Positions 51,561-61,065 of a DNA stretch of 64,000 nucleotides are shown one piece after another. The DNA is taken from the NCBI GenBank assembly GCA_050257855.1, contig JBLMXQ010000018.1, forward strand, positions 5,486 to 69,485. Direction: 5' to 3'. The stretch's first letter is position 1; each line of letters starts with the position of its first letter. The stretch is from Betaproteobacteria bacterium. Its GTDB lineage: Bacteria; Acidobacteriota; Vicinamibacteria; Vicinamibacterales; CAVVIG01. The notes below the pieces were generated by a model. It ran no database searches, was not told the origin of the DNA, and saw nothing but the letters and a program-made list of their open reading frames with translations. Made by a program: the position numbers and the translations under genes.

Positions 51561-51696
51561 CGGATTAATTATCCTGATGGTTAAATATAGCGGACGCCCC
51601 GTTGTCAAGAGCGCGCCGGGGTCCTGCCCGCGTTCCGGCGACGCACCGGGGGTGGGCAGCGTGCGCGCCGGCCAGCAGATCAGCAGACCCGCTGGT

Positions 51697-52254
51697 TCAG
51701 GCCCGCTCATTCCCCAGATCGACGTGGATGACGTTCAGCCGATAGAACAGCGCCTGCGAGAACGCACCGGCCGCTCGCTCCGTGTCGACGTGACGGCTCG
51801 CGCCGGCGACGATGCGGACATCGGGTTCGGCGAAGGGCACTGACGAGTAAGGCACCGGCACCTGCTCGTCCAGGAAGGCAAGGAGCTGGGCTTGTGCTGC
51901 GGCAGTCAGCGCGCAGACGTCGTCGATGAACAGGGTGCCTCCGCGAGCCTGATCGAAGCGGTGGCGAAGGTCCGTGTCGATGCCGCTGCCGCCGGCAACA
52001 CGGGGAACGCTCGAATGCGTCGTAGTCGCGTCGTGCTGCCCGTTGACAGGGAACGTGACGAACGGACCTCGACACCGTCCGCCGCTGGCGTGTATGAGAC
52101 GGGCGCACAGGTCCCGCTGCTCGGGGTCCTCGGACGTGACCAGTACCGGCACGTGCACCTGCGCAGCCAGTCGAATGGTTTCGTCAGCCGCTCCAGTCAG
52201 CAACCCCCCCTCCACATGATCGGTCGACGAGCCGCGGGCGCGGTGACCGTTCAT
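51697..52254 (-). CDS. Degenerate stand-alone sigma54-activator AAA domain
   Basis: ARLIH, GPFV, ARGGTLFIDDV, DVRIVAG, LFYRLNVIHV present; Walker A and GAFTGA absent. Confidence 0.8.
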   Translation of the reverse strand: MNGHRARGSSTDHVEGGLLTGAADETIRLAAQVHVPVLVTSEDPEQRDLCARLIHASGGRCRGPFVTFPVNGQHDATTTHSSVPRVAGGSGIDTDLRHRFDQARGGTLFIDDVCALTAAAQAQLLAFLDEQVPVPYSSVPFAEPDVRIVAGASRHVDTERAAGAFSQALFYRLNVIHVDLGNERA

Positions 52255-52445
52255 ACGGCCTCCTTCTCCTCCGGCCGAATGAGGCAATCGACATGGGCCC
52301 TGGCCAATCGCGGCCGCGGGCAATCGACGCGTCCATTCATCAGCCGCGAGTACATGTCGCCGACCGACCGCCAAAGAGACTTCGCGTCGACGAGGAACTC
52401 CACAAGCCCCGGTCCGTCACTCGACGCGAGGCTGGGTCCTCCCAT
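52251..52445 (-). CDS. 64-aa hypothetical protein coupled to the AAA gene
   Basis: RBS GGAGGT; ATGA overlap with the ATG at 52254. Confidence 0.5.
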   Translation of the reverse strand: MGGPSLASSDGPGLVEFLVDAKSLWRSVGDMYSRLMNGRVDCPRPRLARAHVDCLIRPEEKEAV

Positions 52446-52515
52446 GAGCACCTCCGACACGTTCCAGGAGACGCGCGCCGCAGACCGCGCATCGCGGATC
52501 ACCCGGGCGGACGGC

Positions 52516-52815
52516 CTACAAGCTGTCTTCCTTGCGAACGCGCGCCTGGGGCGCGGTCTGTGTCCGGTACGTTTCGAGGAGGCGATGGGTGCCCTTCTCG
52601 CTGTACCACACGTCGACCGCGTGTAATCGAGCGAAGCTGCGCGCAAGCCGGACGGCTTCATCCCGCGAAGCGCTGAACTGGACGATTCCCGGCAACTGGC
52701 GGACGCTGTAGCGGGCGGCGGCCCTCGGGTCCCTCGTCACGACGATGTCGCCGTCCTGCGCGACGGGCCCGGCCGGCGGGCGGCGGGAGTCGCTCACGGA
52801 TTTGTGTTCAGGCAC
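52516..52815 (-). CDS. Hypothetical protein (99 aa)
   Basis: Fills the gap between co-oriented genes; plausible composition (SRDEAVRLARSFA). Confidence 0.55.
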   Translation of the reverse strand: MPEHKSVSDSRRPPAGPVAQDGDIVVTRDPRAAARYSVRQLPGIVQFSASRDEAVRLARSFARLHAVDVWYSEKGTHRLLETYRTQTAPQARVRKEDSL

Positions 52816-52881
52816 TTCAGCCCTTCAGCCTGTGCCGGTCCGACATCAGTAAACCATTAGCGCGCGCCGAGGGTCGTGCCG

Positions 52882-53322
52882 TCAATCAGGGCGGACGGAA
52901 GCGGCCGGCCCGGAAAGCTCCATCGTCCGGCTCCGCCGGCGCAGAACCCGTCGCAACGACTTCAGAACCGTCTCAGGCAGACACGGTTTCATCAGGACGG
53001 CGGCGAACCTGCGGTCGCGGAGGGCGAGCAGGTGCTCGGGCAGGCAGGTGCTGAACGCAATCACGGGAGTGCGGCTGGTTTCCGGCATGGCGCGAATGGC
53101 ATCGGACAGCTCGAAACCGTCCATCCCCGGCAGGCGGAGGCAGGTGATGACCGCGTCCGGCGCGCGGCCGCGCATCACACGCAGCGCGTCGACGGACAGA
53201 GGTACAGCCGTCACGTGAACGCCGGCCCACTTGAAATAGGCGGCGTACAGCTCCCGCGAATCGTCGTGCGGGTCGACCATCACGATGCGACAGGTCCGAC
53301 GACGCCGACGGGATCTGTGCAT
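52882..53322 (-). CDS. Single-domain atypical receiver (CheY-like)
   Basis: IVMVDPHDDSRELY..PDAVITCLRLPGMDGFEL..TPVIAFS..LMKP; RBS GGGAG. Confidence 0.85.
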   Translation of the reverse strand: MHRSRRRRRTCRIVMVDPHDDSRELYAAYFKWAGVHVTAVPLSVDALRVMRGRAPDAVITCLRLPGMDGFELSDAIRAMPETSRTPVIAFSTCLPEHLLALRDRRFAAVLMKPCLPETVLKSLRRVLRRRSRTMELSGPAASVRPD

Positions 53323-53462
53323 GGGCTCCCCACCGGGCGTTGCCTGAATCGCGGGACGTTTCCTCTGATGGAGGATGAGCCGATGATGAAGCCCGTCGGT
53401 GCCGTGGTCAATCGGGGCCGGCGGAGCCGTCCGATAGGGAAAACCCCATCCAGATCCTCAGG

Positions 53463-54119
53463 TCAGAGCCGCTCGGTCCACGTGGTGGCGAATCGAATCA
53501 GCTCCGTCGCGTCCTTGAGGCCCAGCTTCGCTTTCATGTTCGAGCGGTAGGTCTCGATCGTCTTCGTGCTGACGCGCAGGCGGTCGGCGATGGCGGCCGT
53601 GCTCAGGCCCCGCCCGATCATCTCGAAGACCTCGAGCTCGCGGTCTGTCAGGCTGCTGAGACTGTCACCGGTCATCGAGGCGGTGCGGCCGAGCCGCTCG
53701 AGGAGGCGCTGCGACATGTGCCTGCTGACGAACAGCCGGCCCGCAAGCACCTCCCGGATGGCGTGAATCAGGCCGTCGACCGCCTCCTGTTTCATGATGT
53801 AGCCGGAGGCTCCGGCGCGCAACGCGCGTTCCGCGAACAGCGCTTCGTCGTGCATGGACAGAACCAGCACCCGCATGTCCGGAGCGGCTTCGCGGAGCAA
53901 TCGGATCAGGTCGAGGCCGCTTCCATCCTTGAGCGAGAGATCCACGATCGCCAGATCGGGCTTCGACTTCACGAGCTGAAGCGCCGCCTGGACCGAGTCG
54001 GCCTCGCCGCAAATCGTGAGTTGGGGCTCTGCGGCGATCATCTGGCGGATGCCGAGCCGCACAATCGGGTGATCGTCGACCACGAGGATGCGTGCGGCAG
54101 GTGCTGAATCGGGCCTCAT
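53463..54119 (-). CDS. NarL/FixJ-family response regulator
   Basis: VVDDH, DLAIVDLSL, GYIMK; LTDRELEVF..STKTIETYRSNMKAKL. Confidence 0.95.
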   Translation of the reverse strand: MRPDSAPAARILVVDDHPIVRLGIRQMIAAEPQLTICGEADSVQAALQLVKSKPDLAIVDLSLKDGSGLDLIRLLREAAPDMRVLVLSMHDEALFAERALRAGASGYIMKQEAVDGLIHAIREVLAGRLFVSRHMSQRLLERLGRTASMTGDSLSSLTDRELEVFEMIGRGLSTAAIADRLRVSTKTIETYRSNMKAKLGLKDATELIRFATTWTERL

Positions 54120-57100
54120 GGAATCGCCCCCGGATTGGCCAGCACGGGCTTGTCGCGCAGCGTACAGACGACCACGGTTCCGCCTTCCGAACCGGGCTGA
54201 ACCGATAACAGAGCGCCGATGGACGTCGCCCGGTAGCGCATGATGCGCATCCCCAGGCCGTCCCTGCTCGATGCGTCCTTCGCGATCCCGACACCGTCGT
54301 CGGCGATGCGCAATTTCGTCAGGCCGGGCAGAGCGCTGATCTCGATTCTAATCGTGCGTGCGTGCGAGTGCTTCACCGCGTTGGTGACGGCTTCCTGCGC
54401 GATACGGTACAGCTGTGTCGCGACTTCTGTGTCGCGGATCGCGCCGGGCAGCTCGCCTTCGACCTGCACGCGAACCTTGTGGAAGGCCTCGGTCGTGACC
54501 GCGAGCTCGCGCAGTGCCGGCAGCAGAGCCTCGGGATCGATTTCGACCGGGAACAGGCCACGCGACAGCTGCCGCACCTGCTCGAGGGCGAGTTGTGCCT
54601 GCTCGGCGATCTGGCGGGCGGCGTCGGCTCCAGGCGGGCTCGCGGCCGCCAGCTGCTGGCGCAGACCGGTGCTGAGCATGCCCAGGCCGGTCAGCGTCTG
54701 GCCGAGCGAGTCGTGCAGCGTGTGGAGCAGACCCTGTTGTTCGCGCCAGACGAGATCCGCCATCTGCGCGGTCGCGCGCTCCCGCTCCACGACCTTGCCG
54801 ATCTGGGCGCTGAGGTCGTTCATCAGATTCTCGAGCAGCTCGTTCGGCTCGTGCGGCTGATCCGAGAACAGCTCCAGCACCGCAATGACCTCGCGTCCGA
54901 ATCGAATCGGCAACACGGCCGCCGCTTTCAGGCCGGCCTCGCCGGCGCTCTTGCGGCGAAACGGGAGCGCTTCGAGAAGCCGCTCCTGGCCATTCACCCA
55001 GACCGGTGCGCCGTCCGCGTACACGCGACCGGGAAGGGACTGACCGCGTCCATAGCGCTGGCGCTCGGAGGCGCCGGTGAACGATCGAAAGCGGTCGTCG
55101 TCGAAGCTGCTGACCGCCGGGACGATCGCATCGGGGGTGTCTCGATCGGGCAGGTAGACGAAACCAACCTGCCAGTGCTGGCTCTCGCGTATGCGGTTCA
55201 ACACGAGGTGGAGGGCTTCGTCCCAGCTCGGGGCGTCGTTGAGCGCCCGGGTCGCGTCGTGCATGAGCATCAACCAGCTCGTGCGCTCGCTGACGCGTTC
55301 CTCCAGCGTCTGATTCAACCGGCGCAGCTCGTCCCGGGTCCGCCGGAGCTCGTGCTCCGTCTGCTTGAGCGTCGTCACGTCCACCAGCGTCAGGACGACG
55401 CCCTGCACGTGCTGGTCCGCCGTGCGGTACGGGAGCATGCGGACCAGATACTGTGTCCCGTCCTGCGCGGCCACCTCTTTCTCAATCGGCGCACAATCGC
55501 TGAGCACGGCGCGCGCGTCGCGCGCCAGGTCCGTGTCGACCAGGTTCGTGGCCAGGTGGGCGATGGGGCGCCCGAGATCGGACGGCAGCAGATTGAGGAG
55601 GTGGGTGGCGGCGGTCGTGAAGCGCTTGATGCGGAAGTCGTTGTCCACGAAAACCGTCGCGATGTCGGTGCTCACGAGCAGATTCGCCAGATCGTCGTTC
55701 AAAGCCGTGAGCTGCAGCACTTTTTCCTGGAGCTGCCCGTTCAGCGTGGTCAGCTCCTCGTTCATCGACTGCAATTCCTCCCGCGACGTCACGAGCTCTT
55801 CGTTGGTCGACTGCAGCTCCTCATTCATCGAGAGGATTTCTTCGTTGGCGGCCTTCAGCTCCTCGTTGCCGCTCTCGAGCTGCTCGATCAGGTGCTGCTG
55901 ATCCCTTTTCGTGGCGCGACGTTCGGCCTCGAGCTTGCGAGTCAGGTTCGACGATCTGCCAGAGGGCGGCGTCTTCACGACCGGCATCGGCAGCTCCTCG
56001 AAGATCATGAACCAGAGGTTCTCGACCGTTCGCGGGACGCGGACTGGCCGGACCGTGATGTACAGCGTCGAGCGGCCCTTCTGGCGTTTGAAGTCGAGGG
56101 TCCGGTATACCTTCGCGCGGTTGTGTCTGACCGCATCGTGCAGTACCGCTCGAACGGACGGCTTCAACGCGTCTCGGGCGAGGGCCAGGACGTCGAGCGT
56201 GGCCTCGCCGGTCGGGAGGCGGATGTACCGGTCCATGGGTCCGTAGAACCGGACGATCTCGCCGGTGCGCCGCACGACGACCGCTGCAGGCGCGAAGTGC
56301 TCCAGCAGCTGCTGATCCGCCAGCGCAGCGACCGCCGGCTCGGTCATCGGCTTCCGGGTTTCGCGACCGGGGCCCTCGCTGGCCAGCCGGGGCACGGGAA
56401 ATTCCAGGGGCAGGTGTCTGACGGGTCCCAGCCGCTGGAAGATGCGGTGGCTCCTGGACACCGGCGCAAACAGATCGTCGTGCGGGCCGACGCCCTCCGC
56501 GCTCCCGAGAAAGAGGTACCCGCCACGGTTCAGCGCGAAGTGAAATAGAGCCACCAGCTTCTGCTGAATCTCGGGCTCCAGGTAAATCAGCACGTTGCGG
56601 CAGCTCACCAGATCCAACTTCGAGAACGGCGGGTCGCTGATGAGGTTCTGTGCCGCGAACGTCACGCTCTGGCGGATCGACTTGGCGATCACGTAGCGAT
56701 GGTCCTCGTGCGTGAAGAAGCGATGCAGGCGCTCCGGCGTCACATCGAGTGCGATGCTCTCGGGATAGGCGCCGCCACGGGCGATTTCCAACGCGTGCTC
56801 GTCCACGTCCGTGGCGAAGATCTGCACGCGGCACGCGGACTGCGCAGCGGCGATCTGCTCGGCGAACACGATGGCGACCGAGTACGCTTCCTCCCCGGTG
56901 GAACACCCCGGTACCCAGACTCGGATCGACCGGTCGGGGTCGCGCCCGGTCAGGAGTTGCGCCACGACCGTGCGGCCGAGCGCATCGAAGGCGGCCGGAT
57001 CCCTGAAGAACGACGTGACGCCGATCAGCAGGTCCCTCAAGAGCTGATCCGCTTCCGCCGGGTGCGAGCGCACGAAGTCGGCGTACTTCGTCGCGTTGTC

Positions 57101-57925
57101 GAACTGCTGCAGCCCCATGCGCCGTTCGATTCGCCGCCGGATCGTCCCCTTCTTGTACCCTCGAAAATCGTACTTCGTCCGTGCACGCAGGACCGTGAGG
57201 ATCCCGGACAGGTCGTCCAGAGCCTTCGTTTCGGCGGCCGCCGGCACGACACGACGCTGTCCGTTGCCCCGAACGTGCTCGAGCAGCGCCCCCGGCATCT
57301 TTTCGGGCGGCAGCACCAGATCGACGAGGCCTGCGGCGATTGCACCGCTCGGCATTCCCGGCTGCGACGCCGTCTCCGGCGCCTGCGCCATCACCATCCC
57401 GCCTTCCGCCTTGACCGCGCGGGCCCCGAGAGTGCCTTCCGTTCCGGTGCCCGAGAGCACGATAGCGACCGCTCGGTCGCCCTGGTCTTCGGCAAGCGAT
57501 CGGAAGAAATGGTCGATGGAGCCGCGCAGGCCGCGTCGATCGACCACCTCCTCCACGTGGAGGAGTCCCTGTTCCAGGGTCAGCGTGCGGTTCGGGGGAA
57601 TGATGTAGACGTGATCCGCCTCGAGCGGCTGCCGGTCCCGCGCTGCTTCAACGCTGAGAGCCGTTGCCCTTGCCAGAAGCTCCGGCATGAGGCTCTCGTG
57701 CGTTGGATCGAGATGGACGACGACGACGAAGACGAGACCGCTCTTCGGGGGCATGGCCCCGAAGAAGGCCTTGAGTGCCTCGAGCCCGCCCGCCGACGCC
57801 CCGATGCCGACCACGGGAGCGTGTCGCGGATCGATGGCAGTCGCCGCGTGGGCGCCGGTACCCGCGGACGGGTCGCCGGGCCGCGAAGCGGAAACCGGAC
57901 CGTTGCGTTTGCCTCTGGGCGACAT
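54116..57925 (-). CDS. CheB-CheR-coiled coil-PAS-GAF-HisKA_3 histidine kinase fusion
   Basis: GIGASAGG/HLDP (CheB); VPGCSTGEEAYS, SCRNVLIY (CheR); ELQSTNEEL; HDSLGQ, LYRIAQEAVTNAVKH, DDGVG; ATGA coupling to the regulator. Confidence 0.93.
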   Translation of the reverse strand: MSPRGKRNGPVSASRPGDPSAGTGAHAATAIDPRHAPVVGIGASAGGLEALKAFFGAMPPKSGLVFVVVVHLDPTHESLMPELLARATALSVEAARDRQPLEADHVYIIPPNRTLTLEQGLLHVEEVVDRRGLRGSIDHFFRSLAEDQGDRAVAIVLSGTGTEGTLGARAVKAEGGMVMAQAPETASQPGMPSGAIAAGLVDLVLPPEKMPGALLEHVRGNGQRRVVPAAAETKALDDLSGILTVLRARTKYDFRGYKKGTIRRRIERRMGLQQFDNATKYADFVRSHPAEADQLLRDLLIGVTSFFRDPAAFDALGRTVVAQLLTGRDPDRSIRVWVPGCSTGEEAYSVAIVFAEQIAAAQSACRVQIFATDVDEHALEIARGGAYPESIALDVTPERLHRFFTHEDHRYVIAKSIRQSVTFAAQNLISDPPFSKLDLVSCRNVLIYLEPEIQQKLVALFHFALNRGGYLFLGSAEGVGPHDDLFAPVSRSHRIFQRLGPVRHLPLEFPVPRLASEGPGRETRKPMTEPAVAALADQQLLEHFAPAAVVVRRTGEIVRFYGPMDRYIRLPTGEATLDVLALARDALKPSVRAVLHDAVRHNRAKVYRTLDFKRQKGRSTLYITVRPVRVPRTVENLWFMIFEELPMPVVKTPPSGRSSNLTRKLEAERRATKRDQQHLIEQLESGNEELKAANEEILSMNEELQSTNEELVTSREELQSMNEELTTLNGQLQEKVLQLTALNDDLANLLVSTDIATVFVDNDFRIKRFTTAATHLLNLLPSDLGRPIAHLATNLVDTDLARDARAVLSDCAPIEKEVAAQDGTQYLVRMLPYRTADQHVQGVVLTLVDVTTLKQTEHELRRTRDELRRLNQTLEERVSERTSWLMLMHDATRALNDAPSWDEALHLVLNRIRESQHWQVGFVYLPDRDTPDAIVPAVSSFDDDRFRSFTGASERQRYGRGQSLPGRVYADGAPVWVNGQERLLEALPFRRKSAGEAGLKAAAVLPIRFGREVIAVLELFSDQPHEPNELLENLMNDLSAQIGKVVERERATAQMADLVWREQQGLLHTLHDSLGQTLTGLGMLSTGLRQQLAAASPPGADAARQIAEQAQLALEQVRQLSRGLFPVEIDPEALLPALRELAVTTEAFHKVRVQVEGELPGAIRDTEVATQLYRIAQEAVTNAVKHSHARTIRIEISALPGLTKLRIADDGVGIAKDASSRDGLGMRIMRYRATSIGALLSVQPGSEGGTVVVCTLRDKPVLANPGAIP

Positions 57926-58110
57926 CGTGGGGAACTTCCTTCGCGGTCAGCACGAGGGGGGCCCACGGTTGAGCGCAGCACAAGGAATGTTCGCGGGCAT
58001 CTTACCGCGACCGGGTGCATTCCTCCCACGAGTGGACGCGTTAGTGTGCAGGTGGAGCGCGCGAGCCTCGATACGCCTGCCATGCCGTGGCCATCGAGCA
58101 CGGTATCAGT

Positions 58111-58824
58111 TCATCGTTCGGGGAGGTCTTCTGCGATCACGGCGAGCGCGTGCGGCTTCGTCAGGACGATCCTCTGGCGACCGCTCCGGACGATGCCGCG
58201 CTCTTCCCAGCCGCTGAGGATCCGGCTCACGGTGTACAGCGTGGTGCCGGTCATCTCCGCGATATCCTGACGCGAGACCGGAAAGTCGATTTCGACGCCG
58301 GCCTCGACGCGGCGCCCGGCCTCGTGCACGAGACGGAGCAGCGTCCGCGCGACGCGCCGCTCGACGCGCTCGGTCATGAGCTGCCGGTGCCGCCGCTGGA
58401 GATCGTGCAGGCGGCCCGACACGAAGCGGAGCGCGTTGAGGGCGATCGTGCTCTCGCTCTCGAGCAGCTGGCGCATCGCCGCGGATGTCCATGCGAGCGC
58501 GATCGACGCCTCGACCGCTTCCGCGCTGATTGGGTAGGTCGGCTCCCCGAATGCGCCGACGCCGCCGAACGCTTCACCGGATGAGATCAGGCGGAGAACG
58601 ATCTGGTGGCCTTCCGGCGTCAGCTGCGTCAGCTTGACCCGACCGCTCGTCAACACGAAGAACTCGTCGGCCTGGTCCCCTTCGTTGAAAAAGAACTCGC
58701 CGGCGCCGACCCGCTTCGTGTGGGCCAGGCCGACGATCCGCGCGAGGATGTCCGCGGCCAGGCCCTCGAAGAGCGGTACGTTCGAGAGTCGGCGGGTGAT
58801 CCCGGAAAGATCCTCGGCAGCCAT
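58111..58824 (-). CDS. Crp/Fnr-family regulator, NnrR/DNR-like
   Basis: cNMP-fold FFNEGD..GEAFG; HTH SRQDIAEMTGTTLYTVSR; no Fe-S Cys. Confidence 0.9.
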   Translation of the reverse strand: MAAEDLSGITRRLSNVPLFEGLAADILARIVGLAHTKRVGAGEFFFNEGDQADEFFVLTSGRVKLTQLTPEGHQIVLRLISSGEAFGGVGAFGEPTYPISAEAVEASIALAWTSAAMRQLLESESTIALNALRFVSGRLHDLQRRHRQLMTERVERRVARTLLRLVHEAGRRVEAGVEIDFPVSRQDIAEMTGTTLYTVSRILSGWEERGIVRSGRQRIVLTKPHALAVIAEDLPER

Positions 58825-58837
58825 CGCGGTTCGTCCG

Positions 58838-58960
58838 TCAGCTCACGTGCAACCGGTCCATGACCACCTGCACGATATCGCCGGGCAGGAGCGAGCCGTC
58901 GCCGTCCGCGACGTGCAGCACCGTGCCTCGCGCGCCGCAGGTCACGCAGATCGGGTGCAT
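58838..58960 (-). CDS. Putative 40-aa CxxC peptide upstream of the Crp/Fnr gene (not in ORF track)
   Basis: MHPICVTCGARGTVLHVADGDGSLLPGDIVQVVMDRLHVS*; TAATCT-N7-ATG; stop 13 nt before the regulator start. Confidence 0.45.
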   Translation of the reverse strand: MHPICVTCGARGTVLHVADGDGSLLPGDIVQVVMDRLHVS

Positions 58961-59036
58961 GGCTGGAAGATTATCGCCTTTTCGCTCGATTCAGAATCAT
59001 CGGGTCCGCTCGCGCGCCGTGCGGCATACTTCCGTC

Positions 59037-60413
59037 ATGTCGGTGACGGAACTCGTCGGGACCGCGATCGCGTGCATGCTGGTGGCCCTGGGCCTCGCGT
59101 CGGTGGCGGCCTGGACCATCCGGCGCCGCGCGACCGAGCGGCTCCTGCTGCTCTTCGGGATCTGGTGCGTGCTGTACGGCGTCCGGCTCGCCGCGCAGCA
59201 GCCGGCCGTCGACATGGCGATCGGCGGATCGAGCCGCGCCTGGGCCTACCTCGTTGCGTTCATCACTTACGTCATAACCGTTCCGACCGGGCTGTTCTTC
59301 GAAGCGCTGGTCGGCGACGGCTGGAAGCAGTCGGTCCGCCGCATGTGGCAGCTGCAGGCGGTGTACGCCGTCCTCGCCATCGGCACGGACGCGGTCGTCG
59401 GGCGGCCGGAAGCGGCCATGGCGCCGAATCGACCGATCGTGCTGACAGGGCTCGTGATCGGGCTCGCGAACGTCTGGCTGTATCGCCGGCGGTTGAGCCG
59501 TCTGTTCACGACCTCCGTCATGGCCGTCGGCGCGGCCGCCCTGCTGCTGGCGGTCGTCAACGAGAACGTGGGCCGCCCGGTTGCGCCGTCGATCGACCTC
59601 GAACCGCTGGGCGTCCTCGTGTTCGTGATCGCGCTGGGATACGGCGTCGTCGGGAACACGTTCCGGAGCGAGGCGGAGCTGCTCGGCGTACAGCGCGAGC
59701 TCGAGACCGCGCGACAGATTCAGCGGTCGCTGCTGCCGCGCGCGCTGCCGAAGGTCCGCGGGCTCGACGTGGCGGTCCAGTATCTGCCGATGACGGCCGT
59801 CGCCGGGGACTTCTACGATTTCGTGGAGCTCGGGCCGACCAGGACCGGCATCCTGGTCGCGGACGTGTCGGGGCACGGCGTGCCGGCCGCGCTCGTCGCG
59901 TCGATGGTCAAGCTGGCGTTTTCCATCGAGGCCGAGCGAGCGGGCGATCCGGCCCACGTGCTGACGGCGATGAACCGCGTGCTGTCCCGCCAGCTCGATC
60001 GGACGTTCGTGACGGCCATCTACGCCGTCATCGACACGGAGCGCTCCACCGTCACCTTCGCCAACGCGGGCCATCCGCCGCCGCTGATCGGCCGCGCGAA
60101 CCGCAGCGTCGAGGAAGTGCCCGAGCACGGGCTGATGATGGGATTCGTGCCGGACGCGGCCTACACGAACATCGAGGTCGGCCTCCGGCACGGAGATCGC
60201 ATTCTCTTCTACACGGACGGCGTGATAGAGGCGCGAAACCAGGCGGGCGACTTCTTCGACGCCGACCGCGTGAAGGGCTGGCTCGTGTCAGCCGGCGGTC
60301 GCGACGCCGCCGGATTGAGCGCTGCGGCGCTCCGGGAACTGACCGCATGGTGCGGCCGCGCCGGCTTCGAGGACGACGTCACCTTCGTCGTCGCAGGAAT
60401 CGGCGCGGCCTGA
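59037..60413 (+). CDS. Membrane-anchored PP2C/SpoIIE (RsbU-like) phosphatase
   Basis: About 7 TM; ARQIQRSLLP, GDFYD, ADVSGHG, NAGH, YTDG, EDDVT. Confidence 0.92.
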   Translation: MSVTELVGTAIACMLVALGLASVAAWTIRRRATERLLLLFGIWCVLYGVRLAAQQPAVDMAIGGSSRAWAYLVAFITYVITVPTGLFFEALVGDGWKQSVRRMWQLQAVYAVLAIGTDAVVGRPEAAMAPNRPIVLTGLVIGLANVWLYRRRLSRLFTTSVMAVGAAALLLAVVNENVGRPVAPSIDLEPLGVLVFVIALGYGVVGNTFRSEAELLGVQRELETARQIQRSLLPRALPKVRGLDVAVQYLPMTAVAGDFYDFVELGPTRTGILVADVSGHGVPAALVASMVKLAFSIEAERAGDPAHVLTAMNRVLSRQLDRTFVTAIYAVIDTERSTVTFANAGHPPPLIGRANRSVEEVPEHGLMMGFVPDAAYTNIEVGLRHGDRILFYTDGVIEARNQAGDFFDADRVKGWLVSAGGRDAAGLSAAALRELTAWCGRAGFEDDVTFVVAGIGAA

Positions 60414-60453
60414 GTCGGCCCAGCGGCCCCGGGCGGTCACGGGAGGTGACGCG

Positions 60454-60972
60454 TCACTTCACGTTGCCGCAGTCGGCGGCGAGCCACTTCCCGGTCATGT
60501 TCGAGGTTACGGTCGTCCCGTTTTCCATCGTCATGTGGCCGGTGCCCTTGACGCTCTCCGGCGTCAGCGCCACGAACTGCCACTCGCCGGTCGACGGGTG
60601 CTTGCCGGTGCAGACGACCTTGAACGAGTACGCGGTGGCCGTGTTCGTGACCATCGTGGGAGTGCACTCCTTGTTGTCTTCGAACAGCGTCTTGTCCAGC
60701 TTCTCCTGGGTGAGGCACGACTTGATGGTATGCGGCGCCATCGCGTTCTGCATCATGCCCTTCATCGCGGCTTCGACCTTCGCCCGCTGCTCGGGTGTCA
60801 TCTTGCTCGTGTCGAACGGAAGCGCGCCGGACATCTGCGCGGTCGTCGTCATTTCCCATAGACCGAGCTTCACTCTCAGCGCGGTCGGCGCCTGCGCGGA
60901 TGCCACTGCGGCCGCGACGAACAGTCCGACTACGGTGCACGAAATCAGGCGACGGCTGGAACCTGCGTTCAT
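60454..60972 (-). CDS. DUF3617-family secreted protein
   Basis: RBS AAGGAG; KLGLWEMTTT; four Cys; GKWLAADCG. Confidence 0.85.
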   Translation of the reverse strand: MNAGSSRRLISCTVVGLFVAAAVASAQAPTALRVKLGLWEMTTTAQMSGALPFDTSKMTPEQRAKVEAAMKGMMQNAMAPHTIKSCLTQEKLDKTLFEDNKECTPTMVTNTATAYSFKVVCTGKHPSTGEWQFVALTPESVKGTGHMTMENGTTVTSNMTGKWLAADCGNVK

Positions 60973-61065
60973 GAATCGGGTCTCCTTCCTGGCTGGGGTC
61001 TCGGACGCGCGAGTATAACGCAAACGCAGAGCCGGCGCCCCTCTCCCGACACGCCCCGGAGGGCG

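Noticed and set aside
53430-53450. TAGGGAAAACCCCA as a binding site for the NarL-type regulator
   Set aside because: Single short imperfect palindrome with no second copy to support it.
57968-57990. TTGAGCGCAGCACAA as an NnrR/FNR box upstream of the cheBR kinase
   Set aside because: Spacing is one base too long (15 rather than 14 bp).
58915-58930. AGGCACG-GTG-CTGCA as a sigma54 promoter for the Crp/Fnr gene
   Set aside because: GG-to-GC spacing is one base short; sigma54 spacing is strict.
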